NCBI GenBank assembly: GCA_965285935.1
Contig: OZ260663.1
Location: 79,608,001-79,672,000 of the forward strand
DNA from: Ophelia neglecta
Taxonomy: Eukaryota
Length of the DNA: 64,000 nt
Direction: 5' to 3'
Shown: positions 36,401 through 51,980 of the stretch, one piece after another
Layout of the letters: every line of letters starts with the position of its first letter
Position numbering within the stretch: position 1 is the stretch's first letter
Notes under the pieces: generated by a model
The model's database searches: none
What the model was told of the DNA's origin: nothing
Seen by the model: only the letters and a program-made list of their open reading frames with translations
Position numbers and translations under genes: made by a program

Positions 36401-39400
36401 ACTACGTTGCAATGAGTGTCACACAAATATGTTGTTTTCCTTTTGTCTGGATACAAGTGGCTCCTATGGACTTTTAATGAGGACTTCATGGTTCATCATG
36501 TGTCAAACACTATTAGTAAAAGGTCACATTCCGTAGCAATTCTCGTGTTTTTTTTATTATTCCAGGCTTTATTGTTATATGCGAATTCGTGCCAAGATAT
36601 GTGTCAATAAACTTAAAGGCCTGGATACGCTGTGCAATGTGCTGCCGTCCACTTAGCAAATTTACGAGAATGGGTTTTTACTCCATGAAATCTTGCATTC
36701 AGTTATGCTGTGAAGACATCATGGGCTCATGCCTCCTTCCTCTCCATTAACCTATGCCTTATCATTCCGTTTTAACGGATGGCATTCCCATTATCACAAT
36801 GGTCTAGTACTTTTTAAATGGCACATGCGCACAAAAGATTAGCAAACTGCTGAGTGGTGAAGCGTAACTCAAAAAAAGAAGTTTGGATAGCCGGCGGCCA
36901 TGTGGGAAGCATCGATCAACAGATGTCCATTCAGTCGGTCCGAAATGAAAAGGAACCAACAGCCACAATCACATATGCAGTAATGTAAATAAGAAAAACA
37001 GGAATTCATACCCGGTAGAGAAAGCATAGTCATTAACCTCGAAATATCAATTAAATCGGTCATATATTCGCAACAACCTCCAGATTCTTCCCACATTCTG
37101 TAATGCCTAAATCCATTACTGTAAATTTGCATGTTACGAAATTAATAATAACCAGTTCTTCTGATATCACTTTCAACAAGTCACATTCATCATTTTATCA
37201 TGACAGCGGTCAGTGGTAAAGGTAGAACAATAATGACTTATGCCCTGGGAGAGTTAATGATGTATTAAGCTCTCTCATAATTGTGAGACTATAGATGGAT
37301 TGGTCCCGAGCCCTCTACTCTCAAGCTACACATTTATTTCGGGAAGAATTTACTTTCCAGTGACCAGGATGAAAGCAGGTCACGTTAGTGCTACACTCTC
37401 CTACCCTAATTACCTTATGGTTTCTTCGAAGCTTCACCTTGCTATTCGGCCAACATTGGCGCGTCATTGGCGCAAACCTCTACTCTGCATCCAAAACTCA
37501 ATCCGCTGTTTGACTGCAGCAGAACACAGTGGTTCCGTAAAATAAAATGCATTTTAAGCAAATGTGGCTATTTTGAAATTACTCAAGTTTCAAGAAATGA
37601 ATACAACATAACGCGCTATGTTATGCTTACTAGGACGGATATGTGACAAACCCCAAAAAGGCGAGACAAGTGATTGTAGCTTATGGAGGTATATACCCTA
37701 GTGGCGACTCAAAGCGAATTATTCTTATCCAGAGAGAGGTTACCATTCTGGTTATATTTTATTTAAGTTGAGAGCATGCTGTTTAAATCCACCAAAATAT
37801 TTGACAGGCGTATACTTCTGCAATGTTGTATTATGCTGGAGTAATATTAATATTTTTTTTAATTCGTGCTAAAGAAAGAACGTAGAGGTTTGGACACGTC
37901 ATGACTTTGATATATCAAAACCGTAGTGACCTGCTCCCCTTCTCTAGCAATCTTTCCCTCTGCCAGGATACAGACCCCTGTTCCTACACCTCCCCGACCC
38001 CATGTCGATTCCCCCAGCATAATAGCACCCACACAGACAGGAGTCACTGTCCCACCTTCACCCTTACCTAGGTTAACTTGTTACCGAACGGTGGTCTGTA
38101 TCAATCCCCTGACCCGAATTCTTGTCCACTGCCGCTTAGTGTGTTTTCCAGTCGTACTGCTCAAAGAGCGTACGTAAACGAACAAGTTGTTACGCCCAGT
38201 TCATACTAACATTGCCAGTGTATTCAGTTCCCTATGCTGCAAGCCGCAACGTGTAAATATATGCTGTACTAAATCAAAGATATGTGATGTATGGAAGCCA
38301 AGCAAAAATACCTATTTTCCACTTATGTAAGTACAATTGAAAACTTCACATCGAACGATATTTCAAAAAGATTTTCACCTGTCCCCTGCTAGGCTGTGGA
38401 TGAATCGATATTTACTCTATTGTGAAATGGTGTCCTTGGATGGCTTTGTGAAATTTGAATTTGCGATTTTTTCTAAATTATAATAGATTAAATGCTAAAC
38501 ATACTTCTATGTCCAATGTCCTTGACTTGTATTGCTATAGACGTGGCGGAGGCGAAAGTATATTGAATAGACTTAAGCTCAGAGCCGAGCGTAGCCTCAA
38601 AATAAACCTTCCACCGAGGCGAGCAAACCTAGAAGAATCGTTCAACCTTGTTCCTAAACACTGAACCACATCCAGGCTACAGCAGCGAAGGGCAAACCGT
38701 TGATTACTGACTTCCGATCTTAACAGTTGAGTTATTAGTTCGGTCGTTTGTTTATCAACCTCAAATAGGTAGCTTCTTCAGGCGACACCTAGGTTCAACA
38801 CAACAATACAATATTTCTTACAATAGTTGAAAGGGGAAAGTAGGTGCAGTGCACCCCCCTCAAACCCCATCCGAACCCTCTATCCCACCCTCTCCCAGAG
38901 TAGTTGGAGTAATATGAAACACCTGTATGTGTTTCTCCGACGCATTAGAAATGCAGTAGATATATTACGCATCATCACACGACTGTCAAGACAGCTGAAA
39001 GGCACTATTTTGGGCCAGGTAAAATTGTAAGACAGTGAGTCTTATTGGCATTTTTTTCGAGAACGAAACTAAATGTGATGCATTTCAATTGGTATCCACT
39101 CAGGTTTTCGCAATTCAGCCAGGACGTTTAATTTCACTTGTTGGTTCCATTTCGCTTATCCGTTTTACTTGATTTCCTGATCATGTCTGCATCCCATAAG
39201 AGGGTAAACGCTGCTCTGTAGCACTTTAAATCCATTACAAGCTGCATTTTACTTGATTGTTATATTGTTAAAGTGGGAGCATAGAGTACATTACCCTCTT
39301 AAACCATGTTCTTAGTCTGGTTTGCAAATGGGCAAGGGATGCCTTCTTAAGAGTTGGCTGGTGTAAATGGGTGCTACAAGTTACCATACACCAAGAAAGC

Positions 39401-41891
39401 ATCGTGCACTGATTGTTGTAGAGAATAACCTGGCTTGTAGGCCACAAATATAAAACATTTGAAAATGTATATCCGCACATTTATCAATGGAGTTCAAAAT
39501 TATTGTACACCTTCATAGGGGAGGATTCCTAAATAAACATATCTAAATGACATAAAACAGTAATGCTTTATCTTTATTTAAAGTGATATCAATTTTATGT
39601 TTTTTTATAAATTTGCATTATATATTTATTTACAATATGAGAGGGTTGAAGTATTAAAACTGCTAAATATAAAAAGTGGAAATAGATATACAGCTGTCCA
39701 ATTAAAATTCCGTAACTCAAGGGATATCTGTTAAATGAGCCCGACATCACCAGTAATGTTTCAGATGTATTCCCTTGAAGTTATTTGTAACTAATATATA
39801 TTATTTCGGTTGTGGCAGTTAACTTTAGTTCGGGCTTAAACTAGACAAAGTTCTAGTATATAGTTTAATATTTGTTTTAATGATTTGTTAAGGTTGAATT
39901 TTCTTCATCACTGTGTTGTCATTTCTTTGGTATATTTAATGTTTATGCATGAGAAACTAGATGGCAAATAAGTAACATCAACCTTGGTACAAGCTTATTA
40001 CTTGAAATTCTAATAGGTTATTCAGACTAAGTGGATAGCGTGTGGCTGTATTACTAAGCAATGAATGCCTCAACCATCTAAACGAGTGGGTCATTCTTTA
40101 ACCCGTATTGTACTGCTGTTTCCCAAAGATGCATCTATAGTCAATGGACAATATGAACATATATCTTAACTTTAAGTGATATATGATATATTCTTTTCGC
40201 CTTGTACATTATACCACATAACAACGTTTGAATAATTCGAATAAGTGAACTTGAAATTTTTAGGGAAATGATGGTGGATACAGCACAGACGAGGCAAAAT
40301 CATTTCCAAATCATCTGGAATCAAAGGCTGCAAGCCCACATCTGGATATATCTGCTAGGCTGTAACTGGTATCACAGGATAATATTGAACACGTTCAGGC
40401 ATGACGAAATTCAATCTGAGGTAGTTGTGGCACTTGATGGAAGTAAGGGACTGCCTCAATGCCTGAGATAACTTCATTCAACTATTGGTTCTAACTGATG
40501 ACGTTACTATGTTCATGACGCTGTACTAATGCAAAACCTCAAAACGAATTAGTAGGCAAGAATTATAATCATGCTATTCTGATAAGTCAAACAAAATCAA
40601 AATCATTGCAGTGTCTTGAAATCTGTGCAGTACTTCCTTGACGCCGCAGACCAGGGTGCCCTTGTGACAATTTATAGATGTGTCTTAGGGTTCTAGTCCC
40701 TGGTATCCAGGAGGGCCTGGTACCCATGACCTGGGGTATTCTTATGATCATAGCCGGTTGTAACGCAGAACAGTGTAAATATTGCGTGACACATAAATAA
40801 TTGTGTGCATATATAATGTTAGATATATAATTGCGCTCAAATGGAATTTGATAAGGGAGTCATTGGCTATGGTAAGAGATATTTCCGAAATTGCACAACA
40901 CTATTGTTCACAAGTTAAATAATTCCTTCATTTGCACTTCTAAGCATACATCTGCAATATATATCGTATTGTTCGTGATCTTTCAAACACACGACACTCC
41001 ATTGTATTTAAGCATATAATCAAGATAACAAAATTCTGCTCAACATTTCCTTTACCTTTGATTCTGTGGTGCATGTAGTGCGTGCTTAATTTACCTTCCC
41101 TTTGGTAAAAGTTCTTCAAAGTCATGTAGGAGACGCATTCAGTATCACAGGAACGCCATCGTCTCAATCTTTTATTGGCTGGATTAGTGGCATTTGCCAA
41201 ATTCACATGGTTCGTTCATACGAAACATCGAGCGTAATGAACTTGAGGTGTAGACGATGGAGGTTGAATGGTAGAGGGAGAAGGTCATTTGCCTGTATGC
41301 ATTAACATCTGAAATATTGACTTTGTTGCCACAATCCATACTCCAGATTTTAGCCTGCGAGAGGCATAAAGATTGCAATATTTTACCAGCATTATTGTAC
41401 AGGCCAAAGAGTTAAGAAATTTGCTAGATTCCCTTTTTGTATATTTTTTGTTTGTTTAAATGTTGTAATTGGTCTTTCATAGACTAGAAACTATATGAAC
41501 AGGTAGTAAAGTAACAAGTTTCCTCGTCTCTTTTTAGAACACGAAACCTTTCTACCAGTACAATATAAAATCTGGAAATCGGCTTATCGTGTCTTATATT
41601 CTGCATGTCAGTTACGATGAATTACTTATTTTGAATAATTACCAGTGTCACATCGCGAGTTTCCTCATACAAATATGCCATGCAAACATTATGCAATTAG
41701 AAGCTTAGTTTATAATATATTATATAGTAAAATTTATTCGGCTTGATAGTTACTTGAAAATTCTAGGACTGTGTAATTTCAGTACATATATTCGAAAGAC
41801 ATACGTTTAACATTTATTAGAATAGCTCAATCTATCCGCTTGCAACAGGAACCGTCGACTCCTAATAAAGGATGAAATATTTGGGCGCGGT

Positions 41892-41910
41892 GGGGGGGGG
41901 GGGGGGGGGG
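41892..41910. repeat. G19 homopolymer
   Basis: Direct observation. Confidence 0.95.
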
Positions 41911-42129
41911 AGAGAACCCGGCAGTCCCTGGCAATCTAGCTTTGCGGAAAAGCCGGTCACCAACTGCAGATAAGTAAGAAAATTAAGTTAATGCCAGTGA
42001 CCTTTAGATACAAGATTGATTTCATTAAATCGGCAATGTCATTGAACTTTGGTTCTACTATGGTATACTATCAGGCAAATGGATATCTCCAATTCTCCTC
42101 GTTAATATCTAAAGTCTACCGATAATACC

Positions 42130-42180
42130 TGAGACTCCAAGCACGAATAGTCGGATGTTGCGCTTTACCCACTAGGTTAC
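42130..42180 (-). mobile_element. Possible SINE head fragment
   Basis: Minus strand GTAACCTAGTGGGTAAAGCGC resembles a tRNA A-box/D-arm. Confidence 0.3.
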
Positions 42181-45100
42181 AATAATGTATCGTCCGAAAA
42201 GTAACACCAACATAGGCTTCTTCTATTACCAGACGTTAGTTTTTCGGACGCTGCTTGCTGTTAAATCACATGCTTATAATTACTTACTAGTTCTGGCCAA
42301 GGTGTTTTTAAGCGTAGGCTATGTAATTCAGCGCGTTAAAACAAGCAGATCTGCCCTTTACATCTCGAGAATTTGACCAAGTTAATAGGCGGGCGGTCCC
42401 TGCTGAGTTGCAGGCTGAGTTCTGCAATGGGCTGATTTCACCACAATAGACATCGAGTTATTCGTCATTGGCATTATCATAAAATGTAAATTTTATGATC
42501 AATACTTGAAATACAACACATTAATTATACAAATGGCGAAATATATGATCAAAATAGTCGCTTTAAACACATGTTTGTGCACATTGTGGGGAGACAAACA
42601 TAATGGATTACAAATGCGTGTATGAAGGCATGAATAATAACAGATGACCCAGAACACTATACAGAAAAAAGGCATAATCTTATCCCTATACTTATCCCCG
42701 ACAATGTCTGGGTATGGCATTTGTCATAGATAATGGCCCCACTGATTGATCAGTCCAGGCAAGACTAACCTTGAACACCCCTAAAATAGCCGTAACCACG
42801 GATAATTGGATGATTATAAACTATCATCATTACAATGTTCGTTTACATCAAAGCCTATTACCCTTTGTTATATTTGCCCTTAAAGGTACATAGGTACATT
42901 TACTTTCAACATCATCGAACTAACTTTGGTCACCATGAAGTACTACTCAAACGTTCAAGAAGCCCCGATTGCGTGATTATATATACATGTACGACAATGT
43001 TGTTTTTCATCATAGCTATAGCTTTGATGAAACAGAAATAACCATAAAAAATTGCCATATATTACTCAGGCACGTTTTTGGTCACAAATATCCACAATAT
43101 ATCTGTTTTGAGAAGCCAGAAGCGATTTTTCTTTCGATTCAGTCCATTAGCAGGTTCATAGGATATAAAAACGTCACTCCGATGCATGCGTCCAAAAGCA
43201 GTGTCTGATCAATTATTGATAACGAAAATGAACACGATACATATGCGATATATTGAATTTCATAAGGTGTGGACTTATTACTGGTAATAAGAGACAGGTA
43301 TATGGGTGCACTATTTTCCGATAATACTAAATAGTTTGTGGAGTGGCATACCCTTTATATTCGATTCCATCCATATCTTTGATCTAACCAGATGGAAAAT
43401 GGATGGTTTTTGCACCGATATTCGACGTTATTTCCATTGAGACCATCTGTCCCTTCATCTCCATTTGAAATGTTAACCTACAAGAAGATAAGTTTCTTTA
43501 CGTTGTACTGTTTCAATTTCCTCTGAGAGTATGTCAATGACCGGGTGTACATCTCTCCGGATTCGGAACCATTGCAATCAGTAGTTCTAATAAAACTCAA
43601 TTCGAGACGAAGCAATCCAAAAATGTTTGTTTTATCGGCAAAGGCGACCGATCTTTTTCTTTACCCAGTAGTTTATCGAAAAACGCAAGTTGACATATTT
43701 TTAACCATATATTCATATGACATTATATTTAACAATGGCCCAAGGGTTTGTCCAAGGGTTCGGAAACAGTAATGTAGTCAACCACCATTATTTCGCATTG
43801 TGTTGGGTTGCTGTGATATAATTCACAATACACTCTAAATAGCCCTACGTAACTCGATCAGGGTCGGTCAGTGCACAGTAGAGCGCGAAAAAAAATGTAC
43901 CCCTCGGTTCAAGCTCAAACCAGTGTGCATTTCAATTTTGAAAAGTTAAAGAAATATATAGTAATCCCGAGATACTGGTAAAACAAAGAGACGCTGTCTT
44001 TCCAACCCTTTTCCATTAATTACAAATATTTGCCGAACGTTTAATAGCTCACGGTCAAGAGATAGAATCATGTAGAAGTCATGGAATATAGATGGTGCCG
44101 TCTAAAAACAGAAAACTCCTCATCATAATCTTGCAAAAAGTTTTGGGACGAGAGGCCCGCCGTGTTTCTCCTACAAACTTTGACTTTGAAACTAGTCACT
44201 TCCGTCCCAACCAACATCGTATTTGCTCGGTGAGTCAGTTTTTTCTCATCGGGCCGCCGGAGACGGGTCATACACCTTGCCATATTCCGGTAGGCTGAAT
44301 AATCGCCTGGTTTGTTTTTCTCCTCTCCCTTACGCCGTGAGCTCAATGGTGTCGATCAATTTAAAGCTTGCTTAAAGCTTGCTTAGCAGGGCTTTGATTG
44401 TACCAAATGTGCTATTAGCGTATTTCATCTGCTATATGTTGGTTTTGCTTGTTTTTTTTATATAGTTAAGTTCAGTTCATTTAATCACCACTTGAATGTC
44501 GGTATCAGTATCAGTCATAACCAGAATTTAAAAAAAGGAAATTTGCCTGATGACAACACGAACAGGAAGTCGACATTACCTTTTATAATGATGTTCGCCT
44601 TAAGGCTTTTAACAATCACCTGGGTCTGTGTCGTCATTTACGAAAAGACACCATAATCCGCGTTCTGCCATCTCTCCATTATTTATTAGTAAGAAGACCG
44701 ATATTTAAAACTTAATATCATTTATTATATTATTTATTATTATTTTTTTGTAAAAACTTACTATCATCGCAAGCTCTTCTGCATTTAAGGGGGAATATAA
44801 GAGAATGATCATATTGTTATCATTCTGTTATGTTTTACTTGTACGACTTGTATAGCTTATTACGCTGCACAGCATATAATCGTATGTGTACACAGCATAC
44901 TGTAATTCGGCGATTTACTTACATGACGTGTAATCATACTGACGTATCTACGTATATTCGCCATAATCATTGTGGCATTAAAATATCACATATTGTTGCT
45001 TTTTCCGTTTACACATGTATAATGGACGAATTCTTTAGAATTTCATACATACATCATGTGATGCTATTTTAGTGTTTGCGAATAAATATACTCCAAATTT

Positions 45101-45885
45101 AATAAGGCGGTAGTACTGTTCATTTATCAAGGCTTGTGCCATCATGGGAGAGCCGGTTAATTTAAGGCATACTTTCAATAATAAGTTTGTATTTATCAGT
45201 TTTGTCTCAGCAACGCAAGGTGCCCTTCGTTTCCTCGTCATCAATAACAGTCAACTTAATGCGGTGCAAACCTACGTATTTTCTTCTATAGATGCGTCGA
45301 TCACAGGCATTGCTGTTGACAGCTGCTGAAAAAAGCCCAAGGCTAACGGATCATAAGTCCACTTGAAAAGTCAATTGACTGATTTGACCTCGACGTTAAA
45401 CAAAATGCCCAAAAGAAACACTGATGTTTGCTGGCGTCAAACGAGGTCATTCCAATCATCGAGCGAAATTTTGTCAGAACGCTTTGGTAGATATAGCTGT
45501 GCAACGTCCATGTTGAGTTAGCCAGGTTCTAAGCCCTCGTAGAGAAAAAGGTTCGATGAAGGCCAACCAATTTTCGGTATTGATTCTGCTCCATTGTGTT
45601 GGCCTCGAATAATAATTTCTGCCTGTTGGATTTTGAAAATATTCTATTAATACGTACCTTGTAACCATTTTTGAGAATTGTCGATTGTAATTAAAATATT
45701 TTTTTTCGCCTCCTGGTGAACATCATTCCCCTGAGCATAAATCGTTCGCTAAGCCTCTGAAATTGATCTCAGGTCCAACAGTTACTGATGAATTCGCACC
45801 AATGTATTAGTTTATTCTTCCGCCTTGGATTGTCTGCAAGTATCCACTTTCCTCGCTTTCCCACTTACGGAAGCAACTAACGTTG

Positions 45886-45920
45886 ATATATATATATATA
45901 AATATAAATATATATATATA
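45886..45920. repeat. (AT)n microsatellite, interrupted
   Basis: Direct observation. Confidence 0.9.
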
Positions 45921-46572
45921 GCTATAGAATCATTTTTAGTATTACAATTGAATAAAATCTTAAAATTATACGTGAATGAGAGCCAAACAGAAATAATTTG
46001 ACATCACCTCGGTCAGGGGTTATTAGAGTAAGTTTTATGCCCGTGTCTGGTCTAAACCTAGATTGTCTTAGCAGCCAAGCTACTCGTTTTGGGACTTCAA
46101 TTATAAGACTCTCCATGCCAATTTAAGGCGGTATAATTGTCGTAATGGGGCTTGGTAAGTACTGTCTCAAAATGCATTACCATTTATTGGCTAGAGTATC
46201 TTGGTCCTTTGTAGCCGCAATGTCTTTCCCTTTTGTCTACTAGCAATAAATAAAACAGCCTCGAATGGCAAGATCAGGACACTGACGGCATTACAAACAT
46301 TACATTTTTGTCTGTGCTTATCATCTAGTAACCTAGGGGTACACGGCTGACCTATTATTCACACAAGCAATCCTGCATTGATGTTATACCATCTTAGTCG
46401 TTTGCTTCAGTCAAACCTAATGCCTCAATTTAAATAAACAAGAATAAAGGGGCTCATCGTGTACAGGCAGAACATATTGAAGCCAAGTAACAGTGTGGTT
46501 AAAACTGGACGAAGATACATGAGCTTACGCATAGTGGTTTCCTTCCATTCAGTTCCCCGGAAAGAGTATACT

Positions 46573-46591
46573 GGGGGGGGGGGGGGGGGGG
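46573..46591. repeat. G19 homopolymer
   Basis: Direct observation. Confidence 0.95.
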
Positions 46592-49500
46592 TAAGGACTG
46601 CATTAACACAAGTCTGTAGCTTATCACAATGTTTATCCGCAACAACTGCTCAACTAACCTACTTTCGTCCTATCAACCTAAGAATCGATAAAGCTTCTTT
46701 CGGGAGATGGGGCAATGAGGTTAGTCGTATCGAGTCAACATCTTGATGTTTGAAAAAATTCCTTGTGCAGGATGGATATTTCTAACTTTCACGATTATTT
46801 CTCCAAAACTCCATATAATGCGTAACTATTATTGATATGTCATCTCACGCGATTGCTAGATATGTCATTTTCGATTTATTATAAGTTATACTGTTTGCGT
46901 GCAGATGATTGCAGTTTTTTGGTCGGCAACTGGTGCTTTATAGTAATTTCGAAATTTGATAAACTATTAATATTTTTGACCGATTTTGCTATGCTGTCAG
47001 CTGAACTTTTGATGTTTTACTATGCTTATCACTAGGTTCTGGCACATATAAACCAGCCACGACCCCCCCCCCTCCCCCCCTCCCTCTCTCCTATAGTCCA
47101 TGGAACCCATCTTATTTTCATTTTTCTTTGAGTGGGAAATAAGTAAGCACATAATGTAGTTTTGTGATTTCAAACTTAAGACTTAGTCCATTAAAAACCG
47201 GAAAATAAACTCATGGTAGATTCGGTTGACAACATTACATTTTGTCGATAGCCTTTGTCATACATCCGATTCCGACTGATCTGCAAATCAATAGATATCT
47301 TGACTTGGAATAGTTTCCAGAAATTAAATTTCCCGGAAACTACACGTGTTTGGTAGTATCTTAAGTTGGTGTATAACATAACAACACTAATGTATAGTAC
47401 GACAACATTTTAGCGCCCGTTCCATCACCAGAACTTTATCACATCATCCTGTGGAGCAGCGAAGCGGAGTTGCCTGCCGATCAAACCGCGGTTCTGCCGA
47501 GCTGGTGCATCAACTAACCATCGCAGAAGTGCCGACTACTAAGGCGAAGAAATCAATCAGCCTTTAGCCGTCTACAATTACAGTCCTACCGACCACTGTG
47601 CGCAGTATGCGGACTTTTCATATATATTTGACATTCAGCTTGAGATTTGGATAGTCCCATTAATTATCAGAAAGAACGTGCTAACGGATGCAGCCAGTTT
47701 ATCAACCAATATGTCGCGGTAGGAAAGCGAAGAGACATTTCTCAACGAGAAGTATATGAAAACAGAGTGATCCACAAACCACAACTGCACGCAAATAGGC
47801 GAACAGCAACATTCGGTAACTCCGCAACTAGCCACGAGTGTACAAGAGTCGAGGGATTGGTTTCATGACAGGTTTCATAGTCATAATCACCAGTATGATA
47901 CTTACCATGGTAGGTGTATTTCTTACTTTATGACAGAGTTATATTTGACCCCGTCAGGTGCAAAGTCATGCAGATGAATTGTAATTCGCAATCAATGTAT
48001 GCCTATTTTCATCCATCCATATTGTCAACGCCATTCATTTAAGACGCAGCTTTATGACACATTGATTATCTGCGGACATTTAATGATAAATGTTGTCTCG
48101 TTTAAATAGAATATCAATGCTGCATTGTTGTCATCGGTCTTTCTGACCCCGGGGCTATATGTCCTATTTGAAGATAGTTCATTGGCAATGGGTCGAAAGT
48201 GCATATCATTGATTTCGTTGTGCTTTCGGCAGAGGAGACATACTGGACAATATACATCATTCATGAAAAGACTGGTTGCACCGCTATATTACTCCAGTCG
48301 CCTTCCACATTGTTGCCGAATTTGACTTAGACTTTCATGTTTGGCAAACTGTGAATAGGCCAAATGTTGTCTTGTTTATTATTGGAGACTTTTTAAAAAG
48401 GAACATCTGATCTATACGTTATATTAATTTAGTGTCTGTCAGTGCCGGGACTTTGTGTAAAAAGAAAAGTTACATTCTAATTGACAATGGGACCTCTATT
48501 CCGAGTTCGGGAAGTGTGATGGATGGTTATTTAATTTGCTGTGTATCCCGTCAAACATAACTATATACGCCCAATAATTACGTCTATCCCGCCTACTTAA
48601 GGCCAAGATCCCTCCTCCCAATACACACGCATATGATATTTCTGATAAATATAGTAATTTAAAAGGGTATGTCTGCACACTTTGGGTTGGAAACGACCGT
48701 TCCTCCCTCCGCGGTGAGTTGTTACTTCCTCCTTCAGACCATAAATATAACAAGAGGCATCAACACGCTTAACAACCAGTTTCGTACATGCATTGGCACG
48801 TTTAAACTAATCAGCCATGCCATAAGTTTGAATTTTGACAGAACACAGTGCAATGCATGGACAACTGTCTTGTTAAAAATGCGAGTTACTTTGACAATTT
48901 TAGTAATTACGTCGAGCATTATGTTTGTTTTCGGCGCCTGATGCGGTAATTTGTCAATTATCCTGAACCTGTTCCCGTCCTTACTGCCCTAATGAGTGTT
49001 TGGTCTGTATGCTGGAATTAGCATTTGGTAATACGCCAACTACGCAGTATGTATAAATAAGTCTGGTGACGTACTTGTGTCTGTTTTTGAGCGTCGCCCT
49101 GGCATTGTTCGCCTGGCAAAACTATCTTACTATAGATGTATTCAGTCGAACGTATTAGGAACCACATCATTGTGACCCAGTAGGCTAAGGGAATACCAAT
49201 AAACGGTAAATCGGATAACAGCATCCACCATAGATTTCCGTTTAAACCTATTTTCCATAATGTGAAAATGTATTATTTATCTTACCACAACATTAACAAT
49301 AAATGATCAGAGCTAATAAGTATTTAGGCCTATGGATTGCATTCGTCTTGAAAATAAGACAGTTTCTGATAATTTCGAATATATTATCAAGGCCTAGAAT
49401 TAACCGCAGTCAGCCTTTATGGGGGCTGATTTTATCTGCATATCAAGATACAAACTATAAATGCACGCTGGCTTCTTGCAGGGGATTACATTGATTGGGA

Positions 49501-51907
49501 CAACATTCACACCCTATTACCAGGGAATGTTAACAACTAGCATAATAAGAACCATAATTATATAATAGTAGGGATGGAATGGCGGTCACCGGGGTTTTTG
49601 TTCATATGCTGTCAAATAATTTGTTGAGTAGTACAGTGTGTTTCTTTTTCCGAGTGGTGATGATGTACAGAACAGGTCTTTATCTTACAAACACAAATAA
49701 ATTAGTCATACGTATATGGAGACTTGTTAAACGTGTATCATATAATAAAAAAAGAGTAGTTATAGATATCTACCTTTAAGCCAAAGATAATACACGAATT
49801 ACAATCTTTGTCTCTTTTAGCAGTAAACACCCAGCACACTGTTTAGATTGTCTTCTCAAAGGGAATGAAATTCAGATAAGCGTGCGCCTGTTATTTCTTT
49901 ATCCGTTTAAAATATGTTTTTACGACGTGTGTTTAGTACAGCATAATCTATTCTTCGGATTGATATGCGGTAATTAATCTCATGGCAACTGTTAAAAAAA
50001 TTTCCTTCGTATATGTTAATCAAATTTAAAATATTATTGATGAAGAAATATATGCTATCAGTTCTATGACAATGCTCCTTTTATGCCGCCTTTATATTGA
50101 AAATGCACATGAATGGTTACAATACAGTGCTACCTTGTTGGTATGCAGTTTCGGACCCGTGAGCCGCGTCAGACCTATCTCATGAATGGATCATCCTCGC
50201 ATCCGTAATGATTGATTTACCACTCCATCGTGAATAATGAATAAATATACAATAGTGAAAGAAGAAATGAAGGCGGCGGCCTTCACAAATACATGCAGAC
50301 CTAAATTTTGCACTCTAACAAGAATATGAGAAACTATGGACAGCGAAAGAGTTATTTGATAATGAAATAGGGTCGTATTCACGATTTGTTAAATTTCCTC
50401 TGCCTCTTCAGTTTGGAAGGAAATAGTTTCCTACAAGCTTGTTTTATTGAACATGTTCTTTGTCCCACACAAACTGAACTCTAGAACGTTTTTTGTAATA
50501 TTATCTTCTTTGAAGCAGAAAACAATTGTTGAAGACTTAGTGAGTGAAACATAGTCCGGACAATATTGCAATAAGATTTGTTGGAATGTAGTCTCCGCCC
50601 CCGCCACACACACAATAGCTCCTCGGAATATTGCTTATCGGGTTGGTTTATTTACGCAATGGCTCGCTTTGTCTTATTCGTTTCATTCCATGATAAATAG
50701 TAGACGTTGGTTTCCAGAGTGAACGTGAGCAATTGCTTATCCGAAGGTTTTGGCAATATTGATATTAGCAGAAAAATCGGTCTTGTGACCGTAAGATCTC
50801 TGATATATTGATAAATGCTCTGCATATAACCTTTCGGAATCATAAAGGGTCAAAAGTATGAGGGTTTATTATTCCACCGTTTTAAGGTCATATTCCTATC
50901 ATGTGCTGATAGGCAAATAAAACAACCGGAACTGTTCTCTCTCCGCTTGGATCACTGAAATCATTGCTTCTTAATGTTATTACTTTTTGACCATGTATTG
51001 AAGCTTTTTGCCGTCATTGTTTCTATTATTTATGTTCGTGATGTTATTTAGTGTCACACTGCAATGTTGTTATTGAAGACAGGATCGCACTTTTAAAGCC
51101 TATATAACGAAAACTACGATGATATTTTCCTTAATTTGCATTTAAAAACAAATGCCTGATTGTCCATTCTAATTTGGGAACAACTTGTTTGAAGATGGCG
51201 ACTGCATATGCATCAAGGTGGCACCCGGCAATAGTGTCTGTTAGTTGAGCCAGAAACATATTTGTTATTCAGTCGGATAATACACTGGTGTCGGATACTA
51301 CATGTTTTGAATAACAAGATAATGCAGCAAAATACACTGAATATATATCACCTTAGATTCCATACAAATTACTTATGTTATTATATTATAGGATATCAAG
51401 AACAACAGGAACATTAGTACGTGAACATATTACGTTAACATGTAATGTTCGCCCACAGAACTATGAAATCTACATTTTAATAATCTAATTGAGAATTAAA
51501 TTCAAAATTACCTCAAGCTAATTCGATGTTACATGAACACATTGGTCCACATATATTGCTTTTATATATGACACAATAATGCTTATTTGGTTGTAGTGTT
51601 CTTGAGTGCTTCAAAATGATACATATTTCATTGCCAACGGACTTTGAAGCCTTGCAGACGATACCAAAACTCCTATCTGTACATTTTCCCTTCATGACAC
51701 AAATGCGTTCCTCCAGTTAAATTCCTCAACATTGCCCCCCCCCCACACACACGCACACAATTAGCCCTAACATTTTCTTAACTTTTAAGGTCAATGTCGT
51801 CGCAATTCTTTCATATCGTATAATGAAAAATAGAATATTATTAGAATTATTATATTAGAATATTGCTGATATCATATGATCTGTATTCCTACCTGTTATA
51901 AAAGCTA

Positions 51908-51980
51908 TACAGTCGAATCTGTATATCAAGAGCACTCAGGACTGAGTATATTTGCCCTTCATTTGCAGATGCCCTCGGAC
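51908..51980 (+). mobile_element. Solo terminal inverted repeat of a Tc1/mariner-pogo-type MITE
   Basis: TA|CAGTCGAATCTGTATATCAAGAGCACTCAGGAC resembles TA-targeting CAGTC-starting TIRs; partner TIR not found. Confidence 0.4.

Noticed and set aside
40418-40440. let-7-like TGAGGTAG seed
   Set aside because: The rest of the mature sequence does not match and no precursor hairpin is evident.
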